This document shows, piece by piece, positions 49,859-60,204 of a DNA stretch of 64,000 nucleotides; within the stretch, counting starts at the first letter, position 1; the number at the start of each line of letters is the position of its first letter. The position numbers were made by a program, and so were the translations under genes. The stretch covers positions 1-64,000 of the forward strand of contig JAVRCV020000063.1 in assembly GCA_034530615.2 (NCBI GenBank), given 5' to 3'. Below the pieces are notes generated by a model. That model saw only the letters and a program-made list of their open reading frames with translations. It did not search any database and had not been told where the DNA came from. This DNA is from Aulosira sp. ZfuVER01. Lineage in GTDB: Bacteria > Cyanobacteriota > Cyanobacteriia > Cyanobacteriales > Nostocaceae.

Positions 49859-52800
49859 TTAGTCAACTTTGAACTGGCTAACGCTGGTTTCCAGTTGTTG
49901 TGAAGTCATCCGTAGTTCCTCAAAAGACTCGGAAATGTGCATTGCACTTTGTGAAGTCTTGCGGGCGATCGCCGAAACATCCATCATCGCTTCTGTCAAT
50001 ATCTGAGATTGCTGACTTTGGTTGGAAACTGCTTGAGTAATTCCTTGTACCAGTCCACCAATTTCGTTGGTAGCTGCCACGATCGCACTCAGGGAATAAC
50101 GAGTTTCATCGATCAATTTCGAGCCTTGGACAACTTGGGTAATCCCTACTTCCATTGCTGCGGTAACTTCGTTGGTTCCACTTTGAATTTCTTGCACGAG
50201 TCGCTCAATTTCTGTGGTAGCACTCGCTGACTGATAAGCCAGGGAACGAACTTCATCTGCAACCACCGCAAAGCCTTTGCCATATTCTCCAGCGCGAGTA
50301 GCCTCGATCGCAGCATTAAGTGCTAGCAAATTAGTTTGAGTGGCAAAGTTTTCAATCAAACTCACTACTTTCGAGATTTTCTGAGAAGCTTCACCAAGGC
50401 GTTTAATCTTCTTGGCTGTTTCGGACACGGTTTCCCGAATCTCCAAAATGCCATCTACGGTTTTTTCCATCAGGGAATCGCCAGCTTGGACGGTGTTATT
50501 AGCTCTTTGCACCGCCTGTCCTACTCTTTGGGCATCAGTAGCAACTACCTGGGTGGAAGTTACCATCATTTGTAATTGTTCCAGAGCGTTTTCGAGGCGT
50601 TCTGCTTGCTGTTGAGCTTGGTCAGATAGTTTTACTACTGAGGTGGTGTTGTTACTGGAAGTTTCACTCACCCTGCTGGCAGCAATCTGCACTTGTCGGA
50701 CTAAATCTCGTAAACTTTGGATCGTAGTGTTGTAACCGTCGGCGATCGTGCCGATTTCATCTTCAGATAGGGGCGCGCGAACGGTGAGATCGCCCCTGAA
50801 GGATGGTTCCAAAGCCATGAGAACCCGTATAGCTCCTTGTTGCAGTTTTTCCCGGGCGGTGCGATCGCGCTCTGCTGCTTCTGCTAGTTGCTGCTCTTGA
50901 GTACGAACCTGTTTGAGGTATTCTGCAAGATTCAGGGCAATACCAATCTGGACGCTGGCTTGGTTGAGAACATCCTCCTCTGATTGCTCCCACTGGCGTG
51001 CTGCGCTATTTTGATAAACTCCCATCAGCCCCCATAGCCGATCTTCTTGAAAAATCGGCGCAATCATGTAGGCTTTAGTTCCCCACGTTTCTAACAATTG
51101 AATGTGGCATTCGTCATGACCGACACCATATATATTGTCAACCCGCAAACTTTCTTTGCGGGCATAACGCCCGCCTTTGTTGTACTGAAGAAAGGTATCT
51201 CTAACTCTGGCAAGGCTAGTTCCCACAAGCTTTGGCCAATCCCCACTCACAGACTCAACTACAAATTCTCCAGACCAATCAGGCTCAAAACGGTAAACTC
51301 CAACTCGATCTACTTTGAGTAGCTGACGAAGTTCGTGGGTGGCAAACTGGACAAATTCCAGAACATCACCATGACTTTGGGCCATCTCTGTTAACCGACT
51401 TGGCAAGCGATAGGAAAATCTGGCGTTTGCTACTTCCCGTTCTGCCAGTTTTGTCAGTTCCTCATTCTTGTTTAAGGTTTGCTGTAAGTATTGCGATTGC
51501 TGGACGGCAACCCCAAACTGCGTGCCGATTTTGGTTACCAAGTTGATTTCATTATCTTGCCATTGCCGCGGCCCGTCATTCTGATATGCTCCTAACAAAC
51601 CCCAGAGCTTGTTTCCAGCAATAATCGGGGTGATGATATAAGCTCTAATCTGGAATTGCTCGAGAATTTTTATGTGGCACTGAGCATGACCAGAAGTGTA
51701 AATGTCATTGATCGTAAAGGTCTCGTTGTGGCGATAGCGCCCACCTTGGGTTTGTTGGAGGTGTTCGTCTTCCCATACAGTCCTGATATCTGGGCCAACC
51801 AAAGCCACCCATTCACGACTTACAGATTCGGCAACAAACTCCCCACCCCAATCTGGATTGAAACGATACACTGCGAGGCGATCGCATTCCAAGTGCGATC
51901 GCAATTCTGGTAGAGCATTGCGGAAAATTGTATCTAGCTCTTGAGCTTGGCGAATTTTTTCTGACAGCCGTGTCAGCGCTCGTTCCCCTTCTGCGGTTCT
52001 GGCTAACTCTGCATTCTTCTTCTTGAGCTGTTCGATATACTTAATCTGCTGCAAGCCAATACCCATTTGCAAAGCTAGTTTTCGCAACAGCTGCACATCC
52101 TTAGATTTCCACTGCCGAGGGCCAATATTTTGGTATGCTCCTAAAAAGCCCCAGAGTTTGCTGCCAGTGAAGATAGGAGCGATCGCGTAAGCTTTGGCCT
52201 GAATTTTTTCTAATATCTCTAGGTAGCACTGAACGTGACCGACAGTGTAAATATCATCGACAACAAAGGTTTCATGATTGCGATAGCGTCCGCCCTGAGT
52301 TTCTTGTAAGTGTTCGTCCATCCAAATCGTTTTGATGTCGGAACCAGCTAAAGATAACCATTTATCTTTTACGGATTCGGCAACAAACTCCACACTCCAG
52401 TCGGGATGAAAGCGAAATACTGCTAGGCGATCGCATTGTAGTTGTTTGCGTAAACTTGGCAGCACATTCTGGAAAATTGTATCTGTATCCTGTGCCTGAC
52501 GGATTTTTTCCACCATCGCTGTCAGCACTTGTTCCTCTTCTGCTGTTTGCGCCAACTCAGCATTCTTCGTTTTCAGTTGTTCGATGTACTCGGCTTGCTG
52601 CACGGTTAACCCCAACTGAATCCCCAATTTGGTCAGCAATCGCACTTCTTCGGAATTCCACTGGCGGGGGCCGCTATTTTGGTAAGCTCCTAATAAACCC
52701 CAAAGTTTGTTGCCGACAAAAATCGGAGCGATGGTGTAGGCTTTAACCTGGAACTGCTCCAGCAGGTCGATGTGGCACTGGGCATGACCAACAGTATAGA

Positions 52801-55105
52801 TGTCATTGACGACATAAGTTTCATTGTTGCGATAGCGTCCGCCTTGGGTTTGCTGTAGGTGTTCGTCTTCCCATACGGTTTTGATATCGGGGCCAACCAA
52901 AGGCACCCAGTCACTTCCCACAGATTCGGCAATAAATTCACCACCCCAATCTGGATTGAAGTGATATATTGCCAGGCGATCGCATTTGAACAACTGCCGC
53001 AATTCTGCCAAGGTAGTGCGGTAAATCGTTTCTGGCTGTTGGGAATGACGCATTCTCTCCGCCATACGCGCGATGGCGTTTTCTACTTCAGCTACTTGGG
53101 TCATTTGTATATTTTTTAACCGTAGCTGTTCGATATATTCAGCTTGTTGGAGGGCAATACTCAACGGTTCGCCAATCTGCAACAAAGCGCCAGTCTCTTC
53201 TTCAGTCCATTTCCGCACATCAGAATTTTGATAGGCTGCTAACAAACCCCAAAGCTTACCAGTGCGGAAAATCGGAACAATAATGTACGCTTTAGCTTGG
53301 AATTTCTCTAATGACTCTAAATAGCAAGGTGAAAAACCAGCAGCATAAATATCGTTAACTTTGCGGAAGCGCGTTCCTTTGGCGTACATTCCACCCTGGG
53401 TTTCCTTGAGATATGTATCGGTATCAAGTTTCGCAGGGGAGCCATAATCCTTAACACTGCAACGCTCTGAAGATATCATACCTGTTTTTAAAATGCCCTC
53501 TTGTTCCTGCATCTCCAACAGTGACGACCAACCAGCAGCCACAGATTCAGCAATAACTTCTCCACTCCAGTCCGGATAAAATTGATAAACGACTACGCGA
53601 TCGCATTTTAGGAATCGGCGCAGTTCTTGGGTTGCAGTGCGGAAAATGTTTTGAATATCCGTTGCTTGCCCAATCTTTTCAATAATGCCGAAAACCGTAC
53701 GTTCTCGTTCAATAAGTTTGGCTGACTCCTCAGAGCGTTGATAAAGTTGTTGCTGATATTGCAACTGTTGAATAGCAATACTAGACAAAGATGCCACCTG
53801 CACCATCAGTCGCACTTCGCTATCTTTCCACTGACGAGGCTGAGAATTTTGATAAGCAGCGAGCAAGCCCCACAATTGTTCTCCCTGGAAGATGGCAACA
53901 ATAATATATGCTTTGGCTTGATAGCTTTCTAAAATTTTGATATAGCAGTCTGAAAAACCAGCACTGTAGATATCATTAGTGACTCGATAAACCTGTCCGC
54001 GATGGAAAGTTTTGCCTTGGGTATGCTGAATGTAGCTATCTGCACTGTGCGATCGCCCTGTTGTCCCAGCTAATCCCCCTTCCTCTGCAAGGTGCCTCAC
54101 ACTGCAATAGTTAACGTTATTGACAATTGCTGGATTGTTTCGCTGTTCTTCTAACAGAGAAACCCACTCAGTTCCAACAGATTCAGCAACAAATTCTCCA
54201 GTCCAATCTGGTTTGAAACGATAAATTGCCACGCGATCGCATTTTAGTGACTGTCGCACTTCTTGGGTGGCAACGCGAAAGATGGTATCCACATCTTTGG
54301 ACTGGAGAATTTTATTTGCTACACCAGTAAGAATTTGGTCTTTTTCCACTTCTTGTTGCAATGTAGCTTGAATCATGGCAACTTGCAGTTGCGCTTCTAA
54401 TTCCTGCGCGAGCAATTTTAGCGACCGAATTTCAGCATTCTGCCACTGGCGAGGTGCAGTACATTGCTGCACTACCAACAAACCCCAAACCCCATCTTTT
54501 GTTAAGATTGGCAAGCTCACACAAGCTTTTACCTGAAACCGATCCAAGAGTTGCTTTTGGTAAGGAGACAAGCTTGCAGTGTAGGTATCCGCGATCGCTA
54601 CTAATTTTTCTTGTTGATAAAGCTTGGCAGAACCTAACCCAAAGGTGATGGCGGGCAGTTTTTCCTTTAGCATTGGGGTAAAGCCATCTCTCATCGCCTC
54701 CGCAGCAACTATCCCCAGCGTCGGATTGGTAAACTCATACACCACTACGCGATCGGCTTGCAGGGCACTTTGTAACTCCATAACAGCAGTAGCAAGCAAG
54801 GTATCTAGATCGGAAAATTGGCGGATTTTGCTGGCGATCGCCTGTACTTGCTCTACCTCTAATCCATCTCCTCTGTCTTGATATGGCAACACACTTACCA
54901 ATTCTTTTAACTTGCGGATTCTGTCTCGCAATGGCCCTGTTTCCACCCAATCAGCTTGATCCAGTTCAGTTCGCAATTCTTCTAGAGTGGAGGTGATTTG
55001 TTGTTGTGCAGGTAAACCAACGGTATGCCCGTTATCGGCATCTTTATAACCGTTGCTGAAATTTGAGTGTGGTTGGTTGGGTGTAAGATTGGGTTGCGTT
55101 ACCAT
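49859..55105 (-). CDS. ptxD: Seven-GAF cyanobacteriochrome methyl-accepting photoreceptor (PtxD-like)
   Basis: 7 GAF repeats: first lacks Cys, g2/g3 have an extra inserted Cys, g4-g6 have W(E/M)DEHL; HAMP and MCP domain [28 protein letters not shown]. Confidence 0.9.
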   Translation of the reverse strand: MVTQPNLTPNQPHSNFSNGYKDADNGHTVGLPAQQQITSTLEELRTELDQADWVETGPLRDRIRKLKELVSVLPYQDRGDGLEVEQVQAIASKIRQFSDLDTLLATAVMELQSALQADRVVVYEFTNPTLGIVAAEAMRDGFTPMLKEKLPAITFGLGSAKLYQQEKLVAIADTYTASLSPYQKQLLDRFQVKACVSLPILTKDGVWGLLVVQQCTAPRQWQNAEIRSLKLLAQELEAQLQVAMIQATLQQEVEKDQILTGVANKILQSKDVDTIFRVATQEVRQSLKCDRVAIYRFKPDWTGEFVAESVGTEWVSLLEEQRNNPAIVNNVNYCSVRHLAEEGGLAGTTGRSHSADSYIQHTQGKTFHRGQVYRVTNDIYSAGFSDCYIKILESYQAKAYIIVAIFQGEQLWGLLAAYQNSQPRQWKDSEVRLMVQVASLSSIAIQQLQYQQQLYQRSEESAKLIERERTVFGIIEKIGQATDIQNIFRTATQELRRFLKCDRVVVYQFYPDWSGEVIAESVAAGWSSLLEMQEQEGILKTGMISSERCSVKDYGSPAKLDTDTYLKETQGGMYAKGTRFRKVNDIYAAGFSPCYLESLEKFQAKAYIIVPIFRTGKLWGLLAAYQNSDVRKWTEEETGALLQIGEPLSIALQQAEYIEQLRLKNIQMTQVAEVENAIARMAERMRHSQQPETIYRTTLAELRQLFKCDRLAIYHFNPDWGGEFIAESVGSDWVPLVGPDIKTVWEDEHLQQTQGGRYRNNETYVVNDIYTVGHAQCHIDLLEQFQVKAYTIAPIFVGNKLWGLLGAYQNSGPRQWNSEEVRLLTKLGIQLGLTVQQAEYIEQLKTKNAELAQTAEEEQVLTAMVEKIRQAQDTDTIFQNVLPSLRKQLQCDRLAVFRFHPDWSVEFVAESVKDKWLSLAGSDIKTIWMDEHLQETQGGRYRNHETFVVDDIYTVGHVQCYLEILEKIQAKAYAIAPIFTGSKLWGFLGAYQNIGPRQWKSKDVQLLRKLALQMGIGLQQIKYIEQLKKKNAELARTAEGERALTRLSEKIRQAQELDTIFRNALPELRSHLECDRLAVYRFNPDWGGEFVAESVSREWVALVGPDIRTVWEDEHLQQTQGGRYRHNETFTINDIYTSGHAQCHIKILEQFQIRAYIITPIIAGNKLWGLLGAYQNDGPRQWQDNEINLVTKIGTQFGVAVQQSQYLQQTLNKNEELTKLAEREVANARFSYRLPSRLTEMAQSHGDVLEFVQFATHELRQLLKVDRVGVYRFEPDWSGEFVVESVSGDWPKLVGTSLARVRDTFLQYNKGGRYARKESLRVDNIYGVGHDECHIQLLETWGTKAYMIAPIFQEDRLWGLMGVYQNSAARQWEQSEEDVLNQASVQIGIALNLAEYLKQVRTQEQQLAEAAERDRTAREKLQQGAIRVLMALEPSFRGDLTVRAPLSEDEIGTIADGYNTTIQSLRDLVRQVQIAASRVSETSSNNTTSVVKLSDQAQQQAERLENALEQLQMMVTSTQVVATDAQRVGQAVQRANNTVQAGDSLMEKTVDGILEIRETVSETAKKIKRLGEASQKISKVVSLIENFATQTNLLALNAAIEATRAGEYGKGFAVVADEVRSLAYQSASATTEIERLVQEIQSGTNEVTAAMEVGITQVVQGSKLIDETRYSLSAIVAATNEIGGLVQGITQAVSNQSQQSQILTEAMMDVSAIARKTSQSAMHISESFEELRMTSQQLETSVSQFKVD

Positions 55106-55156
55106 AATCTTTCTTGCTATTAAGGTTGTCGGAGTTAATAAGTAGAATGCAGAGTG

Positions 55157-55690
55157 TTAAATAGACTGAAGGGTTTGAATCACAGCATCGGTGTCAACTA
55201 ACATCAAAGGGCTACCTTGAGCATCCATAAAGTAACCCTGCAAAAACGATTTGAGTCGGGCGGGTAACATTGATGCCGAAATCGCTAACCGTTCTTGGGA
55301 ATCGTAAACTTCAATGGTATTGACTTGCTCCACCAATAGCCCGACAGTTTGATTCTGGACTTGAACAAGCATCGCCATGCCAGAGTTGCGTACATTTTCT
55401 CGCCGACACCAGTGTGTTGCTCCCAGTAAACCTGCTAAATCAAGAATCCAGATAGCTTCTCCCCGCCAATTCATGATGCCTAACAAGAATTCTGCTACCT
55501 GTGGCACTGGTAAAATCTCTGTGAGTGCAACTTGAATTACTCCCCGCAACTCAGCTAGTGGGAGTAACCCATTTACCTTTCCATTTAACGGAAATCTTAA
55601 AAACCTCTGGTTGTTTCCTTGGGGAGAGTTATCAAGTGGAAATTGGCTAGTTATGGGTAGCGCTCTAAAGCTATCATTGCTCTGTACCAT
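55157..55690 (-). CDS. cheW: CheW protein
   Basis: ILPVPQV..LLGIMNWRGEAIWILDL. Confidence 0.92.
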   Translation of the reverse strand: MVQSNDSFRALPITSQFPLDNSPQGNNQRFLRFPLNGKVNGLLPLAELRGVIQVALTEILPVPQVAEFLLGIMNWRGEAIWILDLAGLLGATHWCRRENVRNSGMAMLVQVQNQTVGLLVEQVNTIEVYDSQERLAISASMLPARLKSFLQGYFMDAQGSPLMLVDTDAVIQTLQSI

Positions 55691-55704
55691 TGCCCCAGCT
55701 TCCT

Positions 55705-56067
55705 TTAGCGAATAAATTTACTAACAGTCTGGAGCAAGGTATTTTCATCTACAGGTTTGACTAAATAGGCATCAGCACCACTCATATTGCCCCAAGTTCT
55801 ATCAACATCTGTGTTTTTAGTTGAGCAAATCACTACCGGGATTGCTTTTGTTATCGGATCGGCTTTTAACTTGCGGCAGAACTCAAATCCACTTTGTCCT
55901 GGCAAAATCAAATCCAGTAATATCAAGTCAGGTTTTTGTTGTTTCAACCGCAGTTGAGCCTCTTCACCACTGCGAACTTCATAAACTGAATATCCTCCTT
56001 GCTCTAGGAAACGTGTCATCTTTTCGGATTCTGTGAGACTATCTTCAACTAAAAGAACTTTTTTCAT
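55705..56067 (-). CDS. CheY-like response regulator
   Basis: VEDS, LLDLILPG, YLVKP. Confidence 0.93.
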   Translation of the reverse strand: MKKVLLVEDSLTESEKMTRFLEQGGYSVYEVRSGEEAQLRLKQQKPDLILLDLILPGQSGFEFCRKLKADPITKAIPVVICSTKNTDVDRTWGNMSGADAYLVKPVDENTLLQTVSKFIR

Positions 56068-56113
56068 TTTTATTCCTAACTATTTAATTCAGAGTTTCAA
56101 AATAAGGCAGAGG

Positions 56114-56157
56114 AGGCAGTGCGGTGGACAGGTTCCTCGGCATAAAGCAACTGCCGT
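56114..56157. repeat. About 44-nt palindromic dispersed repeat
   Basis: AGGCAGTGCGGTGGACAGGTTCCTCGGCATAAAGCAACTGCCGT. Confidence 0.6.
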
Positions 56158-56267
56158 GGCAGAAGGAAGGTTTAAGAATTTTCATGCTTGGTTGTGCCAA
56201 AATTGGGCATGAATAGCTGTCTTGAAAATGGGTGTAAAGGAGCCTGTTGTATGACTGTCGCTTCAAC

Positions 56268-57833
56268 CTAAACGGTTAAATACTTGTGAAGCATATTGAG
56301 TACCTTTTCTGCCTCTACGGGTTTACCCAAAAAGTCAGTTGCTCCTACTAATTTTGTTCGCATCCGATCTACTATTCCATCTTTCCCAGTTAGGATGACA
56401 ACTGGCACATCTTTGAGACTTGGAGTTTTACGGATTTGAGCACAAATTTCATAGCCATTCACTTTTGGCATCAAAAGATCTAAAAAAATGAAGTCGGGCT
56501 TGCTTTTAATTAGCTTTAAAACTGCCGTCAAGGAATCTTGAATGCCAACAAAGCGATAATTTTGATGAGTGAGAATTTCCTCCAAACTGCGACAGATTGT
56601 CGGGCTATCATCTACACAGGCTACTAAAGGCCTTGAGACATCAATAATTGTTTTGCTAGCCGCTGGGGGGGCAGTTTGTATAACAGTTTTCTCTTCTGTC
56701 TTCGGTGAAGAATTGGGATGATTAACTGCACTCGACGGACTGACAATTTGTTTGCTAGCCGCTGGGGGAGCAGTTTGTATAACAGTTTTCTCTTCTGTCT
56801 TCAGTAAAGAATTGGGATGATTAACTGCACTCGACGGACTGACAATTTGTTTGCTAGCCGCTGGGGGAGCAGTTTGTATAACAGTTTTCTCTTCTGTCTT
56901 CAGTAAAGAATTGGGATGATTAACTGCACTCGACGGACTGACAATTTGTTTGCTAGCCGCTGGAGGAGCAGTTTGTATAACAGTTTTCTCTTCTGTCTTC
57001 AGTGAAGAATTGGGATGATTAACTGCACTCGACGGGTTGCTAATTTCTTGACTAATTCCAACCTTTCTGGGGCTTGGGGTGGGTGAAAAAGCGATCGCTC
57101 CTGTTTTTACCAATGGCATCAATACCCGAGTCAAAGCTAAGGCATCCCGGCCGATTTTTTGCCCTAGACTTCGTAAAGTTTTTGTGCCATCAACTAGAGA
57201 AATAATCACTTTAGAGGATGCTTGTCCTTGGAGTAACTCAAGTTGTTGAATGACAGGATATAAATTGGGCGAGTAACTTGCCAGTCCTGCATCTCGCCAT
57301 TCTTGCCAAGCTTGTGTAGCCTGTTTCCAGACTTCCTCAGTTGGTATTACAGCTAGGAGAAACCCAGGAACTTCACCAACAACGGTAGTATATGACAACT
57401 GCCCTGCTGGATTGTTGTTATTTCTTTTGGCTTCAACGAACTGGATTATATCAAACAGAACTTCAGCTATTAAGCTTGTAATCAGGCTAACAAGTTGTTG
57501 TTGTTCGATTAATTTTTGTTCTCGCAATTTAGCAAGAATGCAATACTCGCGATAATTTTCCTGGGGAGAGACAAGCCCCTCCAACTTTGTCACATCCAGA
57601 TTAGGAAAGTATTGCGACAAGTATCGTCGCCATCGCTCATCGGCATTAGAACCGCCAGCCTGCCAAATTAATCGTCCTAAACGAAAATATAGCGTCCAAG
57701 TCGGCCCGTCCTTAGCTCCAAGATTCAGCCTGCCTGTGAATAATTTAGTTTGAAGTTGCTCGATCAATTGTTTCACAATGGATCGCACCTCCTTATATAT
57801 CTTGAGTTTTGCATTTACATTAGAATTCCTCAA
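56268..57833 (-). CDS. PatA-family response regulator (PATAN plus REC) with expanded linker
   Basis: FTGRL..WTLYFRLGRLIW PATAN, C-terminal REC (CVDDS, FLDLLMP); start uncertain. Confidence 0.9.
   Translation of the reverse strand: MRNSNVNAKLKIYKEVRSIVKQLIEQLQTKLFTGRLNLGAKDGPTWTLYFRLGRLIWQAGGSNADERWRRYLSQYFPNLDVTKLEGLVSPQENYREYCILAKLREQKLIEQQQLVSLITSLIAEVLFDIIQFVEAKRNNNNPAGQLSYTTVVGEVPGFLLAVIPTEEVWKQATQAWQEWRDAGLASYSPNLYPVIQQLELLQGQASSKVIISLVDGTKTLRSLGQKIGRDALALTRVLMPLVKTGAIAFSPTPSPRKVGISQEISNPSSAVNHPNSSLKTEEKTVIQTAPPAASKQIVSPSSAVNHPNSLLKTEEKTVIQTAPPAASKQIVSPSSAVNHPNSLLKTEEKTVIQTAPPAASKQIVSPSSAVNHPNSSPKTEEKTVIQTAPPAASKTIIDVSRPLVACVDDSPTICRSLEEILTHQNYRFVGIQDSLTAVLKLIKSKPDFIFLDLLMPKVNGYEICAQIRKTPSLKDVPVVILTGKDGIVDRMRTKLVGATDFLGKPVEAEKVLNMLHKYLTV
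56652..57035 (-). repeat. 99-nt (33-aa) tandem repeat, about 3.9 near-identical copies, in frame
   Basis: PSSAVNHPNS(S/L)(L/P)KTEEKTVIQTAPPAASKQIVS repeated. Confidence 0.97.
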
Positions 57834-58199
57834 ACAATCAAGCTTATTAACCTCATCGTGCGATCGCCAATAGCACAGGTCTAAACCTCGATTCAGCTAC
57901 CCTAGCTTGTTATATCCCTTTCCAATCCGAACATTTTTAAAGTTTAAAGCCGGAAGCTCGAACAAAGATTTAAGCTCTTTTTTAATTAGAAATCGGTTAT
58001 CTATATTACTTCTGCAACGTTACATATACTGAGACAATTGCCGATTAATACAAACCTTAAAAAGATGGAAATGTTGAATACTACAAAGCATAGACCAGCT
58101 TTAATGCTTATCGATTGCGTAATGTGCCTGCTGAAGACACAAGACACAAGCGATCGCCTAACAGCTAGTCTGCAATTACAAAAAATGAGATTGAGTTTG

Positions 58200-58919
58200 T
58201 CAAGAAATTGCTTGTTGCCGAATAAAGTATTGGCGATCGCGTTGTTCTAGTAACCCTTGCTTGATCAAAGAGCGCAGGATATCTATCGTTTGCACCCGGC
58301 TTAAGCCTATTACTTCTTCAATTTCTATTAGAGTAGCTCCTTCAGCTTGCTGAATATATTGCTGCACTTTGGATCTAAGAGTATCTGCATTTGACGCAGG
58401 CACTTTCCTAGTCATGGTAGTGACGGCAGGACGAAAACCAGTGGCTTTAATTGAAGAACGGGAAACTGACCATTTTGGAACTGTTGCAACTAATTTCTCT
58501 TGTTTAGCAGGAGTCGGGGAAACTGGTTGTTCATGACTGCGTAGGCGCAGCCCGTCGGAGACATCGCCCCAAACACTTTTATGTAAAATTGCTCGGAAAT
58601 TTTGCAAATCTTGGAATAATACCTGAGCCTTTGCTGCCCGCTGTTGGCGGTATTCTTGCTGGCGTTGGCAGACATCTGTTTTTATTTGCAATATTTCTAA
58701 TTGCCGTTCTACAATCTCTTGCTGAAATTGCTGCTGTTGTAACTTCCTGTTGTTGTGAAGGCTACTAACAGAACTGTTCAATTCTTGATGAAGTAAATCT
58801 GCTTGCAGCTGCAATTCTTGTTGAGTTAGCTGTTTCCATTGGTTAACTTGTTGACGGCGTTCAGCAGTTATTTGCAATCGCTGCGATCGCTCTTGTTCCC
58901 ATAAATTCTTGAGAGCCAT
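58200..58919 (-). CDS. GvpC-like Gln-rich coiled-coil protein with C-terminal HTH-like domain
   Basis: Directly downstream of gvpA; Q/R-rich helices; C-terminal GATLIEIEEVIGLSRVQTIDILRSL. Confidence 0.65.
   Translation of the reverse strand: MALKNLWEQERSQRLQITAERRQQVNQWKQLTQQELQLQADLLHQELNSSVSSLHNNRKLQQQQFQQEIVERQLEILQIKTDVCQRQQEYRQQRAAKAQVLFQDLQNFRAILHKSVWGDVSDGLRLRSHEQPVSPTPAKQEKLVATVPKWSVSRSSIKATGFRPAVTTMTRKVPASNADTLRSKVQQYIQQAEGATLIEIEEVIGLSRVQTIDILRSLIKQGLLEQRDRQYFIRQQAIS
58542..58562. repeat. 21-nt SDR inserted in HIP1, in frame
   Basis: GCG[TAGGCGCAGCCCGTCGGAGAC]ATCGC. Confidence 0.85.
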
Positions 58920-58994
58920 CAGATGAAATCTCCTATTTTCTTAACTAGAAACATTAAATGGGAGCCATGAAGACTCCCTTTTTCTAATGTGGTG

Positions 58995-59216
58995 TTAAGC
59001 AGCAGACGGAACAGCAGCTTGAGATGTTAAACCAACTGCCTCTGCATATCTTAAGTAAGTTTCAACTGAAGCAATGACAATGCGAGCTTCGACTGCTAGC
59101 AATTCAATACCAACTAAAGAAACACGCACCCAAGCATCAACTACAATTCCTTTGTCTAGAATGCGGTCAATAACTTCAGCCAGGCTTGAAGATGAGTTAA
59201 CTTTTTCAACAGCCAT
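58995..59216 (-). CDS. gvpA: Gas vesicle structural protein GvpA
   Basis: [40 protein letters not shown]. Confidence 0.98.
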   Translation of the reverse strand: MAVEKVNSSSSLAEVIDRILDKGIVVDAWVRVSLVGIELLAVEARIVIASVETYLRYAEAVGLTSQAAVPSAA

Positions 59217-59457
59217 TTTATTTTCCTCACATAACTTTAATTATTGGTTTAATCTTGCTCTGCGCGAGCAGTAGGTAAAACTTACACAATGTGTTTTATT
59301 CTTCCTGAATTTAGTTTTCCCAAAAATATAAGCTAAATAGCAAATAATAAAAAAATACTTAAAAGTTCACAACATTTTTTTGTCTAAAAAAATTCAAGAA
59401 AAAATCATCTTATCTTGATTTTTTCTTGACAAGTTTTAAATATTATTTTTTATGAAT

Positions 59458-60147
59458 TTATATAATAGTATTTTCGAGAAAATGATAGGGTGGCAGAGGT
59501 TCGCTTATTGCCAATTGCCAATGCGAGCATTGTACTTGCCAAAGGGAAAACTGCTGCTTACTGACCGTTGAATCGTTGCGTTGTGCTAAAAAGTGGATTT
59601 GTCGCACATCTGGCTGTCGAGTTTCACAGATAACATTTGTATATGTTTTAAGAATTAACTGGTTCAAGAGTTCCCACTGTTCGCATTGTTGTGCTTGAAA
59701 TGCTTGCTGTGTTTGGTAGCGTTGTTTTTTAGCTAATAAATAGGCTTTTCCCCTAGCATCAATAGTGTCAGAGTCGTCAAGCAAATTACAGGGTGTAGCT
59801 TTTAAGGTGTACTCAACTTTGTCTGTTAGGTGAGTTAGGGTTTCTAGATACTGCTGTTGGTGTTTTTCTAAATGATTCAGCAGTGTTTCTACAGAGTTAA
59901 AACCGCTCCCAAAGCGTAGGGGAAGAAGAGGAGTTTGTTGAAAAAGTTCTCGAAGCACGCGATCGTGGGTTAACACAGATTGAAGTAAACGCTCATCTGT
60001 TGTTTGTATTGCCTCCAGTAAGATTTCTGGCTCTACGATCGCCGCTAAACCAGAAGAGTAAACGAGTTCGGTATTTCTTTCCATCCCTAAAGGTAAAACA
60101 GGCGGTGATGCGATCGGTAGTAAAAGCGCATAGGCGTATATTGACAT
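59458..60147 (-). CDS. GvpL/GvpF family gas vesicle protein
   Basis: HDRVLRELF..LLPLRFG, PLPPYHF. Confidence 0.85.
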   Translation of the reverse strand: MSIYAYALLLPIASPPVLPLGMERNTELVYSSGLAAIVEPEILLEAIQTTDERLLQSVLTHDRVLRELFQQTPLLPLRFGSGFNSVETLLNHLEKHQQQYLETLTHLTDKVEYTLKATPCNLLDDSDTIDARGKAYLLAKKQRYQTQQAFQAQQCEQWELLNQLILKTYTNVICETRQPDVRQIHFLAQRNDSTVSKQQFSLWQVQCSHWQLAISEPLPPYHFLENTII

Positions 60148-60204
60148 AAATTTTCGATGGGTTGGGGGTGTTCAGATTTCCGACTTCTTAAAGAAGTCGG
60201 GAAT

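Noticed and set aside
50009..54950. Many short ORFs overlapping ptxD, and similar shadow ORFs elsewhere
   Set aside because: Antisense or alternate-frame ORFs within well-supported genes
56652..57035. CRISPR array
   Set aside because: Contiguous 99-nt repeats with no unique spacers, in frame within a CDS; no cas genes seen
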